From Squalus acanthias (taxonomy: Eukaryota), in the NCBI GenBank assembly GCA_030390025.1, contig JASTWF010000359.1:186001-250000 (forward strand): a DNA stretch of 64,000 nt. The letters run 5' to 3'. Position numbers and translations under genes: made by a program. The notes beneath the pieces were generated by a model. It worked only from the letters and a program-made list of their open reading frames with translations. It was not told the origin of the DNA and ran no database searches. Below, one piece after another: positions 11,165 to 21,680 of the stretch; within the stretch, counting starts at the first letter, position 1; every line of letters begins with the position of its first letter.

Positions 11165-11296
11165 TCTATGTAATTAATTAAAAATGTATTATTTACCCTT
11201 CAGTTAATTTATGCCAGCAGTCTCTGCTACACCACAGATACCCGAGAAACAATAAAATTGAAGTTTTGTATAAAAAAAAAGAGAAATACTCACCAA

Positions 11297-11327
11297 CCAA
11301 TCACTTACCTGCTTTCTGGTGACGTCA
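11297..11327. promoter_or_regulatory. Candidate internal promoter motifs: CRE palindrome TGACGTCA and CCAAT
   Basis: TGACGTCA at 11320-11327 and CCAAT at 11297-11301 in the CR1 5' UTR. Motif match only. Confidence 0.3.
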
Positions 11328-11372
11328 CACTTCGATTATTTTTACCTCTCTCCTGCTCTCGGCTTGATGAAA

Positions 11373-11522
11373 GCCTACCTGGTCGCTGCCGCCTTTTACC
11401 GCCGCCGCCTCGCCGCTGTTGCTCCACCCAGGTCCGCCGCCTCTGTGGGCCTACCTGGTCGCTGCCGCCTTTTACCGCCGCCGCCTCGCCGCTGTTGCTC
11501 CACCCAGGTCCGCCGCCTCTGT
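11373..11522 (-). repeat. Two tandem 76-bp GC-rich units in the CR1 5' UTR
   Basis: gcctacctggtcgctgccgcc...cgccgcctctgt starts at 11373 and again at 11449. Confidence 0.95.
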
Positions 11523-12384
11523 CATATTTGACCCTGAAATGAGCTTCCGACCACACATCCATGGCATAACGAGACTGCCTATTTCCACCTCCGTAACATC
11601 GCCCGTCTCCGCCCCTGTCTCAGCTCATCCGCTGCTGAAACCCTCATCCATGCCTTTGTTACCTCTAGACTTGACTATTCCAACGCACTCCTGGCTGGCC
11701 TCCCACATTCTACCCAACATAAACTTGAGGTCATCCAAAACTCGGCTGCCCGTGTCCTAACTCACACCAAGTCCCGTTCACCCATCACCCCTGTGCTCGC
11801 TGACCTACATTGGCTCCTGGTTAAGCAACGCCTCGATTTCAAAATTCTCATCCCTGTTTTCAAATCCCTCCGTGGCCTCACCCCTTCCTATCTCTGTAAT
11901 CTCCACCAGCCCCACAACCCCGCGAGATATCTGCGCTCCTCTAATTCTGCCCTCTTGAGCATCCCTGATTATAATCGCTCACCCATTGGTGGCCGTGCCT
12001 TCTGTTGCCTGGGCCCTAAGCTCTGGAATTCCCTGCCTAAACCTCTCCGCCTCGCTACCTCTCTTTCCTCCTTTAAGACGCTCCTTAAAACCTACCTCTT
12101 TGACCAAGCTTTTGGTCATCTGCCCTAATATCTCCTTATGTGGCTTTGTGTCAATTTTTTGTCTTATAATACTCCTGTGAAGCGCCTTGGGACGTTTTAC
12201 TATGTTAAAGGCGCTAAATAAATGCAACTTGTTGTTGTTGAAGACCATAGTGGGCTGTATCCCACATATTCATGTCTCAGTGATCAGCATGGTAGGGAGG
12301 GCCTCATTACCCAGGAAATGAATGACCGTTTCCCATACTCTTCCATACTCCCTCAAGTCTCCCTCGGTCGCTCCTGAAGGTTCT

Positions 12385-12525
12385 GACTCTTAGGGGAATC
12401 AAGGGATATGGGGATCGGGCAGGAAAGTGGAGTTGAGGTCGATGATCAGCCATGATCTTATTGAATGGCTGAGCAGGCTCGAGGGGCCGTATGGCCAACT
12501 CCTGCTCCTATTTCTTATGTTCTTA
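12385..12525 (+). mobile_element. Very short CR1 3' fragment
   Basis: GGAATCAAGGGATATGGGGAT...GATCAGCCATGATCTTATTGAATGG...CCTGCTCCTATTTCTTATGTTCTTA, nearly the same as 2713-2843. Confidence 0.92.
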
Positions 12526-12564
12526 ATGGGGTAGAGTTCCACAGGCTCTGGTAGCCTGTCAGAG

Positions 12565-12662
12565 TTCAGATGAAGGGTCTACGTCCTATCTTTTCTCCTG
12601 ACTTTGCTCGGTACAGATGCTGATGGAGCTGTTGTGTATTTGCAGCATTTTCTGTTTTTGTC
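12565..12662 (+). mobile_element. Degenerate Penelope-like terminal remnant
   Basis: GATGAAGGGTC...ACAGATGCTG...GCTG..GTGTATTTGCAGCATTTTCTGTTTTT resembles a repeat end I recall from fish/shark Penelope-like elements. Recall only. Confidence 0.35.
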
Positions 12663-12894
12663 TGACCTTTCAGTGACTTGCCCAAGTGTCCACCCTGGTG
12701 AGTGTGGGCAGGGGATCTGAGACACGATGTCCACACACACACTTATAACACAGGTAGCTCGACAGTGAATGGGAGTGAGAGCCCTGCCTGACCTTTATCC
12801 CTCCGAAGCTGATTGGAGCAGGGTTATTGCTGTCCTAGATGAGATCAGATAATCCAGCACAGATAGGGAACAGAACTCAGGAGCTTCTTGGTCG

Positions 12895-13450
12895 GCACAG
12901 AGTACCAGAATAAAAAGGGAATGATATATTTATACAAGGTCAGCCCACAGTTCGAGTACTGTGTGCAGATTTGGAGCCCCCATTATAGAAAGGACACTAA
13001 AGCCAAAGAGAGCGTACAGTGTAGATTCACCAGGCTGATGCCAGGGATGGGAAACTATAGTTATAAAGAGAGACTTCAGATAATGGGACTATTTCCACTG
13101 GAGCAGAGAAGGCTACGGGAAGATTGAATAGAAATGTTTTAAAATTATGAAAGGTTTTGATAGAGTGAATCGGGAAAGAATATTTCCTCTTGTTGGGGAG
13201 TCACTGACGAGGGGTCACTTTAAGAGAGAGGTCAGGTGACATTTCTGTGCACCGAGAGTTGTTGGAGCATGGAATTCTCTGTCACAGGGAGTGGTTGAGG
13301 TATCTTTAAGGAAAAAACTGGATAAATATTTGAAGCAGAGGAAGATACAGAGGAAATATATGAGGAGAGAGCAGGGCTCCAGATTGCTCCAGCACAGAGC
13401 CCGCCCAACACGATGGGCCGAATGGCCTCCTTCTGCTGTGTAACTCTCTA
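12895..13450 (+). mobile_element. Old degenerate CR1 3' fragment
   Basis: Translates PQFEYCVQIWSPHYRKD...RFTRLMPGM...LEQRRLRED, with stops and deletions. The 3' UTR GGGCCGAATGGCCTCCTTCTG matches the 312-520 fragment. Confidence 0.88.
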
Positions 13451-13886
13451 GGGTTCCACGTATAGCCTTTTCCCATTCTTACCTCCCGATCAGCATCACA
13501 TGAGCTGGTCATTTCCCAGAAGAAGCCCAGTCCCTCACTTCCGGCCTGGAGTTTCTGAAAGTGAAACGTCCCAGCGACTGTTCAGTTAAAGGCACAGTCC
13601 GGCACCCAACGGATAATCCAGGCAGGAGTGGGAGAAAAATAAACTTCTCAAATTTGTTTAATTCTTCTTTCAGACCTTCTGTGATTGCTCCCTTTCATTG
13701 AACAATCAAATGGGTTTCAATTTTAGAACTTGACACTTGATATCAAACAAGACTACATGATGCTGCATTGAATAACAAGAATTCACATCAACTGAATCGC
13801 TTGTTTCTATTTTCAGACAGTTTCAGACGGTAACTGCGTGTGGGCCTGGAACTTCACCACTCCTAGGGTCTGACATCAGACACCGT

Positions 13887-15894
13887 GGGGGCTAAGTGGA
13901 ATAGCCCCTGAACACGGGCGCAGCGATCGCAAAGCGCGATTATCAACAATACGTTGATTGCAATGTAGGCAGCACGCCAACTTTAGCTGCCTGCTCATTC
14001 GCATGATCGCTGCATCCAGCCAGTGTTAACCACGCTGTTCATTGGCTGGACACATCAGCAGGGGGCCAATGAAAGCAAGCACCACTTAAAGCCAGCCTGC
14101 ACTGCTTAAAGCTAACCTGCACCACTTAAAGCCAGCCAGCACCGCTTAAAGCTAACCTGCACCACTTAAAGCCAGCCTGCGCTGCTTAAAGCCAACCTCC
14201 ACCGCTTAAAGCCAACCTCCACCGCTTAAAGCCAACCTGCACTGCTTAAAGCCAGCCTCCACTGCTTAAAGCCAGCCTGTGCTGCTTAAAGCCAACCTCC
14301 ACCGCTTAAAGCCAACCTGCACTGCTTAAAGCCAGCCTGCGCTGCTTAAAGCCAGCCTGTGCTGCTTAAAGCCAGCCTGCACTGCTTAAAGCCAACCTGC
14401 ACTGCTTAAAGCCAACCTGCGCTGCTTAAAGCCAGCCTGTGCTGCTTAAAGCCAAACTGTGCTGCTTAAAGCCAGCCTGCACTGCTTAAAGCCAGCTTGT
14501 GCTGCTTAAAGCCAGCCTGTGCTGCTTAAAGCCAAACTGTGCTGCTTAAAGCCAGCCTACACTGCTTAAAGCCAGCTTGCGCTGCTTAAAGCCAGCCTGC
14601 GCTGCTTAAAGCCAGCCTGCGCTGCTTAAAGCCAAAATGCGCTGCTTAAAGCCAAAATGCGCTGCTTAAAGCCAGCCTGTGCTGCTTAAAGCCAGCCTGC
14701 ACTGCTTAAAGCCAAAATGCGCCGCTTAAAGCCAGCCTGTGCTGCTTAAAGCCAGCCTGCACTGCTTAAAACCAGCCTGCGCTGCTTAAAGCCAGCCTGT
14801 ACTGCTTAAAGCCAGCCTGCACTGCTTAAAGCCAGCCTGCGCTGCTTAAAGCCAGCCTGCGCTGCTTAAAGCTAAACTGCGCTGCTTAAAGCCAGCCTGC
14901 ACTGCTTAAAGCCAAACTGCGCTGCTTAAAGCCAACCTCCACTGCTTAAAGCCAGCCTGTGCTGCTTAAAGCCAACCTGCACTGCTTAAAGCCAACCTGC
15001 ACTGCTTAAAGCCAGCCTACCTGCTTAAAGCCAACCTGCGCTGCTTAAAGCCAGCCTGTGCTGCTAAAAGCCAGCCTACACTACTTAAAGCCAACCTGCA
15101 CTGCTTAAAGCCAGCCTCCACTGCTTAAAGCCAACCTGCGCTGCTTAAAGCCAACCTGCGCTGCTTAAAGCCAGCCTGCACTGCTTAAAGCCAACCTCCA
15201 CTGCTTAAAGCCAACCTGCGCTGCTTAAAGCCAACCTGCGCTGCTTAAAGCCAACCTGCGCTGCTTAAAGCCAACCTGCGCTGCTTAAAGCCAACCTCCA
15301 CTGCTTAAAGCCAACCTCCGCTGCTTAAAGCCAACCTGCGCTGCTTAAAGCCAACCTGCGCTGCTTAAAGCCAACCTGCGCTGCTTAAAGCCAACCTGCA
15401 CTGCTTAAAGTCAGCCTGCACTGCTTAAAGCCAGCCTGCACTGCTTAAAGCCAGCCTGCACTGCTAAAAGCCAACCTGCACTGCTTAAAGCCAGCCTGCA
15501 CTTAAAGCCAAACTGCACTGCTTAAAGCCAACCTGCACTGTTTCAAGCCAGCCTGCACTGCTTAAAGCCAACCTGCACTGCTTAAAGCCAACCTGAGCTG
15601 CTTAAAGCCAACCTGAGCTGCTTAAAGCCAGCCTGCACTGCTTAAAGTCAGCCTGCACTGCTTAAAGCCAACCTGCACTGCTTAAAGTCAGCCTGCACTG
15701 CTTAAAGTCAACCTGCACTGCTTAAAGCCAGCCTGCACTGCTTAAAGCCAACCTGAGCTGCTTAAAGCCAACCTGCACCTTTTCAAGGGGAGGTGCATTG
15801 TGGCTGCAGCCTGGCACTCAAGAGGAGTGCCAGGCTGAGAGATTGTGGCCAGCACTTTAGCGTCCTAAAATAGGCGGCACCCAATTTCTCCCCC
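13887..15894. mobile_element. Putative non-autonomous TIR element hosting a minisatellite
   Basis: Ends GGGGGCTAAGTGGA and CCAATTTCTCCCCC form an imperfect IR (9/14) with CpG-rich subterminal arms. No clear TSD. Confidence 0.5.
14079..15786. repeat. 20-bp minisatellite, ~85 copies, consensus GCCARCCTGCRCTGCTTAAA
   Basis: Period 20 is directly visible; register slips near 15020 and 15500. Confidence 0.98.
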
Positions 15895-16535
15895 TAAGGG
15901 AATGCACAAGAGTGATTAGTTGACTTTTATTTGCAATATTGCATGATTTCATTTATAAATTTGGTTTGGAATGTTTATTTTGTGATGGCTTTTATTTTTG
16001 CATTGTGACCAAGTGGATGCTGTGATGGTCAGTGACAGAGAGAAGGTAAGGTGTGGGACTGTTGGTGAATGGGGAATTGGGGTTACAGTGACTGATATTG
16101 CACTCGGATGAGTTCTTCACGGACAGCTCGGGCAGAAAGGAGCTGTCGAAGTTGCCTCCTCCCTTCCTCCTCCCTTCCTCTTCCTCCTCCTCCTCCTCAT
16201 GCTCCTTAGCTGCTCGCCGTATAGCTGGTGGTCAGGGCTGTAGGTCCCTTGAATTAGCACTGGTGGGGGATCCTCCCTGCTACTGAACGCGTGTTCAGCT
16301 GTGCCAGTTTAAGAGAGGGTATTGACTGCAGCATGGAGTATGAGTTGCACGCTGATTGACGCCATGATCTGCCTATTCTGCATGCTTCCAGCGGGCGCTC
16401 ACTGCTCGCGCGCTAATGCCTGCAACAATATGGAGTCTGGCGCGATTTGCCCCACAAGAGCGGATGCCATTTTGGAGCTCGAAGGGCACTCGTAGCGCCC
16501 AAAATACGGGAGCTAATGAACCCAATTTCTCAGCC
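15895..16535. mobile_element. Possible PIF/Harbinger remnant (transposase C-terminus-like on minus strand 16083-16245, plus a TIR-like end)
   Basis: Minus strand reads PPAIRRAAKEHEEEEEEE.../EEEGRRQLRQLLSARAVREELIRVQYQSL*, an acidic run plus R..LI tail like HARBI1-type transposases. Ends CCCAATTTCTCAGCC, similar to 15880-15894. Confidence 0.4.
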
Positions 16536-16878
16536 TGTGAGTGTGAGTGACTCCCCTCTAACTCCGCACCGCCGACAGTGCGAGGAGCCTGTAGATTGGA
16601 CACTGAATCGAGTTATTCTATCGATGTTGATTCATGGATCGGTGCTGCTGATCTTCATCTGCAGGTCCGGAATTTGGGCACGGAGCTCCATAACAAAGGG
16701 AAAGTTACTGTGGATGCACTGACCCCATGCCAGAATTCCTGATGTGCAATCCCGTTGCAGGAAGCATTGATTTGTTACACCGACCACGAAAAGATCAGAC
16801 ACTGACTGTCCCAGGTTAGAGGGACACATATCAATCCGGGGCATGGGCTATTATAATGACCCTCAAATCCCAAGATTC

Positions 16879-19299
16879 ACTGTACACTCTGATATAACTC
16901 CAGGACCGTTACTGTACCGTGTGATATAACTCCAGGACAGTTACTGTACCGTGTGATATAACTCCAGGACCGTTACTGTACCGTGTGATATAATTCCGGG
17001 ACTGTTACTGTACCATGTGATATAACTCGAGGACTGTTACTGTACCGTGTGATATAACTCCGGGACTGTTACTGTACCTTGTGATATAACTCCGGGACTG
17101 TTACTGTACCGTGTGATATAACTCCGGGACTGTTACTGTACCGTGTGATATAACTCCGGGACTGTTACTGTACCATGTGATATAACTCCAGGACTATTAC
17201 TGTACCGTGTGATATAACTCCAGGACTGTTACTGTATCGTGTGATATAACTCCGGGACTGTTACTGTACCATGTGATATAACTCCAGGACTATTACTGTA
17301 CCGTGTGATATAACTCCAGGACTGTTACTGTATCGTGTGATATAACTCCAGGACTGTTACTGTACCGTGTGATATAACTCCGGGACTGTTACTGTACCGT
17401 GTGATATAACTCCGGGACTGTTACTGTACCGTGTGATATAACTCCGGGACTGTTAATGTACCGTGTGATACAACTCCGGGACTGTTACTGTACCGTGTGA
17501 TATAACTCCGGGACTGTTACTGTATCGTGTGATATAATTCCGGAACTGTTACTGTATCGTGTGATATAATTCCGGGACTGTTACTGTATCGTGTGATATA
17601 ATTCCGGGACTGTTACTGTACCGTGTGATACAACTCCAGGACTGTTACTGTATCGTGTGATATAACTCCGGGACTGTTACTGTACCGTGTGATACAACTC
17701 CGGGACTGTTACTGTACCGTGTGATATAACTCCGGGACTGTTACTGTATCATGTGATATAATTCCGGGACTGTTAATGTACCGTGTGATATAACTCCAGG
17801 ACTATTACTGTATCGTGTGATATAATTCCGGGACTGTTATGTATCGTGTGATATAATTCCGGGACTGTTACTGTATCGTGTGATATAACTCCGGGACTGT
17901 TACTGTATCGTGTGATATAATTCCGGGACTGTTACTGTACCGTGTGATACAACTCCGGGACTGTTACTGTACCGTGTGATATAACTCCGGGACTGTTACT
18001 GTATCGTGTGATATAATTCCGGGACTGTTAATGTACCGTGTGATATAACTCCAGGACTGTTACTGTACCATGTGATATAACTCCAGGACCGTTACTGTAC
18101 CATGTGATATAACTCCAGGACCGTTACTGTACCGTGCGATATAACTCCAGGACTGTTACTGTACCGTGTGATATAACTCCAGGACCGTTACTGTACCGTG
18201 TGATATAACTCCAGGACCATTACTGTACCGTGTGATATAACTCCAGGACTGTTACTGTACCGTGTGATATAATTCCGGCACTGTTACTGTACCGTGTGAT
18301 ATAACTCCGGGACTGTTACTGTATCGTGTGATATAACTCCGGGACTGTTACTGTACCATGTGATATAACTCCAGGACCGTTACTGTACCGTGTGATATAA
18401 CTCCAGGACCATTACTGTACCGTGTGATATAACTCCAGGAATGTTACTGTACCGTGTGATATAAATCCAGGACTGTTACTGTACCGTGTGATATAACTCC
18501 AGGACTGTTACTGTACCTTGTGATGTAACTCCAGGACTGTTACTGTACCGTGTGATATAACTCCGGGACTGTTACTGTACTGTGTGAGATAACTCCAGGA
18601 CTGTTACTGTACCATGTGATATAACTCCAGGACTGTTACTGTACCGTGTGATATAACTCCAGGACTGTTACTGTACCGTGTGATATAACTCCAGGACTGT
18701 TACTGTACCGTGTGATATAACTCCAGGACTGTTACTATACCGTGTGATATAACTCCAGGACCGTTACTGTACCGTGTGATATAACTCCAGGACTGTTACT
18801 GTACCGTGTGATATAACTCCAGGACTGTTACTGTAACATGTGATATAACTCCAGGACTGTTAAAGTACCGTGTCATATAACTCCAGGACTGTTACTGTAC
18901 CGTGTGATATAACTCCAGGACTGTTACTGTACTGTGTGATATAACTCCAGGACTGTTACTGTACCGTGTGATATAACTACAGGACTGTTACTGTACCGTG
19001 TGATATAACTCCGGGACTGTTACTGTACCGTGTGATATAACTCCAGGACTATTACTGTACCGTGTGATATAACTCCAGGACCGTTACTGTACCATGTGAT
19101 ATAACTACAGGACTGTTACTGTACCGTGTGATATAACTCCGGGACTGTTACTGTACCGTGTGATATAACTCCAGGACTGTTACTGTACCGTGTGATATAA
19201 CTCCAGGACCGTTACTGTACCGTGTGATATAACTCCAGGAATGTTACTGTACCGTGTGATATAAATCCAGGACTGTTACTGTACCGTGTGATATAACTC
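16879..19299. repeat. 32-bp satellite array, segment 1
   Basis: Monomer GTGATATAACTCCAGGACTGTTACTGTACCGT starts at 16921, 16953 and so on. Confidence 0.99.
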
Positions 19300-21680
19300 G
19301 GGAACAGGCTATATTGGACTGGGTACTGTGCAATGAGAAGGGACTAATTAGTAATCTTGTTGTACGGGGACCCTTGGGTCAGAGCGATCATAACATGATC
19401 GATTTCTCACTCGAAATGGAGAGCGAAGAAATTGACTCAGAGACTCAGGTCCTGAATTTAAACAAGGGGAATTATGATGCCATTAGACGGGAACTGAGTA
19501 GGTCTGATTGGACAACGTTCCTGGGAGGACTGGAGGTAGATAAACAATGGCAAGCATTTAAAGATAGAATGACAAAATTGCAAAAATTGTTTATACCAAT
19601 CTGGCATAAAAGGAAATCTAAAAAGGTGACTCAACCGTGGATAACAGGGGAAATTAGAGACAGCATAAAATCCAAAGATAGGGCGTATAAAATAGCCAAA
19701 AAACGCGCCAGAGCGGAAGATTGGGAACAGTTTAAGATAGAGCAAAGGAGGGCAAAGGGCTTAATCAAGAAGGGCAAAATAGCTTACGAAAGCAAGCTGG
19801 CGGAAAATATAAAAACTAACTCCAAAAGCTTTTATAAGTATATCAAGAGGAAAAGACTGGTGAAAACCAAAGTTGGTCCATTGCAGTCAGATACGGGGGA
19901 ATATATAATGGGAAATAAGGAAATGGCAGACCAACTAAATGCATACTTTGGGTCAGTCTTTACGAAGGAAGACACAAAAAACCTCCCTGGGATATCGGGA
20001 AAAATAGGGACATTGGCAAAGGAGGAACTGACGCAAATCAATATCTCTAAGGATATGGTGTTAAGGAAGCTAAAGGGATTGAAGGCGGACAAATCCCCAG
20101 GGCCTGATAACATGCATCCTAGGGTACTGAAGGAGGTGGCCCTAGAGATAGCGGATGCACTAAGCATGATTTTTCAGAATTCATTAGACTCGGGAACAGT
20201 GCCCATGGATTGGAGGGTAGCTAACGTTACCCCACTATTCAAAAAGGGGGGTAGGGAAAAAGCAGGTAATTACAGACCTGTAAGCCTTACATCAGTTGTG
20301 GGCAAAATGCTGGAGTCCATCATTAAGGATGAAATAGCCGAGCACTTAGCAAATGGGGACAGGATAGGACAGAGTCAACATGGATTTACAAAGGGTAAAT
20401 CGTGCTTGACTAATCTATTGGAATTTTTTGAGGGAGTAACTGGTAAAATAGATGGGGGAGAGCCAGTAGATGTGGTGTACCTGGACTTCCAAAAGGCCTT
20501 CGATAAGGTCCCACATAAAAGATTAGCATGGAAAATTGAAGCTCATGGGATAAAGGGGAAAGTATTGACGTGGATAGAGAACTGGCTGTCAGATAGAAAA
20601 CAGAGAGTTGGAATAAACGGCTCATTTTCTGAATGGCAGGCAGTAACAAGTGGGGTACCACAGGGATCTGTCCTGGGTCCCCAGCTGTTCACAATTTACA
20701 TTAATGACCTGGATCAGGGAGTCGAATGCAGCATTTCCAAATTTGCAGACGACACTAAACTAGGAGGGGGGGTGGGCTCAGAGGAGGAGACCAGGAAGCT
20801 CCAGAGCGATTTGGACAGACTGGGTGATTGGGCGGATAAATGGCAGATGCACTATAATGTGGACAAGTGCGAAGTTATCCACCTTGGGTGCAGGAACGGG
20901 AGGGCAAATTATTATTTAAATGGCAATAAATTGGGAGAGGGGGAAGTACAGAGAGACCTGGGTGTTCTTGTACACCAGTCACTGAAGGCGAGCATGCAGG
21001 TGCAACAGGCGGTCAAGAAGGCAAACGGTATGCTGGCCTTCATAGCAAAAGGGTTGGAATACAGGAACAGGGATACCTTGCTGCAGCTGTACAGGGCACT
21101 GGTGAGACCACACCTCGAGTACTGTGTACAGTTTTGGTCGCCTCATCTGAGGAAAGATGTTCTTGCCATGGAGGGGGTGCAGCGGCGATTCACCAGGCTG
21201 ATACCAGGAATGGCGGGATTGACCTATGAGGAGAGACTATGTAGTTTAGGGATGTACACACTGGAGTTTAGAAGATTGAGAGGGGACCTCATAGAAGTGT
21301 ATAAAATTCTGACAGGTCTAGACAGATTAGATGCAGAAGGAATGTTTCCCTTGGCGGGTGAGAACAGAACTAGAGGACATAATTTAAGGATAAGGGCTAA
21401 ACCATTTAGGACAGAAATGAGGGGGAATTTCTTCACTCAGAGAGTGGTGAACCTGTGGAACTCATTGCCACAGAGGGCAGTGTACGCCAGCTCATTAAAT
21501 ATATTTAAGAGGGAATTAGATATATTTCTACAGGCAAAAGGGGTTAAGGGTTACGGAGAGAAGGCGGGGACGGGATACTGAATTGAAGGATCAGCCATGA
21601 TCTCATTAAATGGCGGAGCAGGCTCGAAGGGCCGGATGGCCTACTCCTGCTCCTATCTTCTATGTATCTATGTATCTATG
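19300..21680 (+). mobile_element. CR1 family B copy 1, 5'-truncated within the endonuclease, inserted in the satellite
   Basis: Open RT frame, 3' stem-loop and (TATCTATG)n tail. TAACTC is duplicated at 19294-19299 and 21681-21686. Confidence 0.97.
19314..21581 (+). pseudogene. Truncated CR1 ORF2 (end of endonuclease plus complete RT), frame intact
   Basis: 755-codon frame with SDH, YLDFQKAFD, GVPQGS and FADD. Lacks the N-terminus; the track start is TTG. Confidence 0.9.

Larger units (their letters stand above)
6983..11519 (-). mobile_element. Near full-length CR1 LINE (family A) with intact ORF1 and ORF2
   Basis: Two uninterrupted ORFs, a 5' UTR, the 3' stem-loop and a (TTCTTATG)n tail. 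TGTCATA is duplicated at 6976-6982 and 11520-11526. Confidence 0.97.
6578..12240 (+). mobile_element. 5'-truncated L2-clade LINE (6578-6982 plus 11527-12240), split by a CR1 insertion
   Basis: Contains SGVPQGS and YADDTQLY...LQLNIGKTEAI...NLGVI, resuming as [11 protein letters not shown] after the insert, then LADLHWL...GGRAF...LWNSLP...[11 protein letters not shown]2-type tail AAAGGCGCTAAATAAATGC followed by (TTG)n. Confidence 0.92.

Noticed and set aside
11305..11760. ORFs spanning the CR1/L2 junction as a chimeric gene
   Set aside because: They arise from GC-rich stop-poor repeats running into L2 sequence; there is no independent support.
12565..12600. Hammerhead ribozyme in the Penelope-like remnant
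   Set aside because: The core is broken: CAGATGA instead of CTGATGA, and no downstream GAAA.
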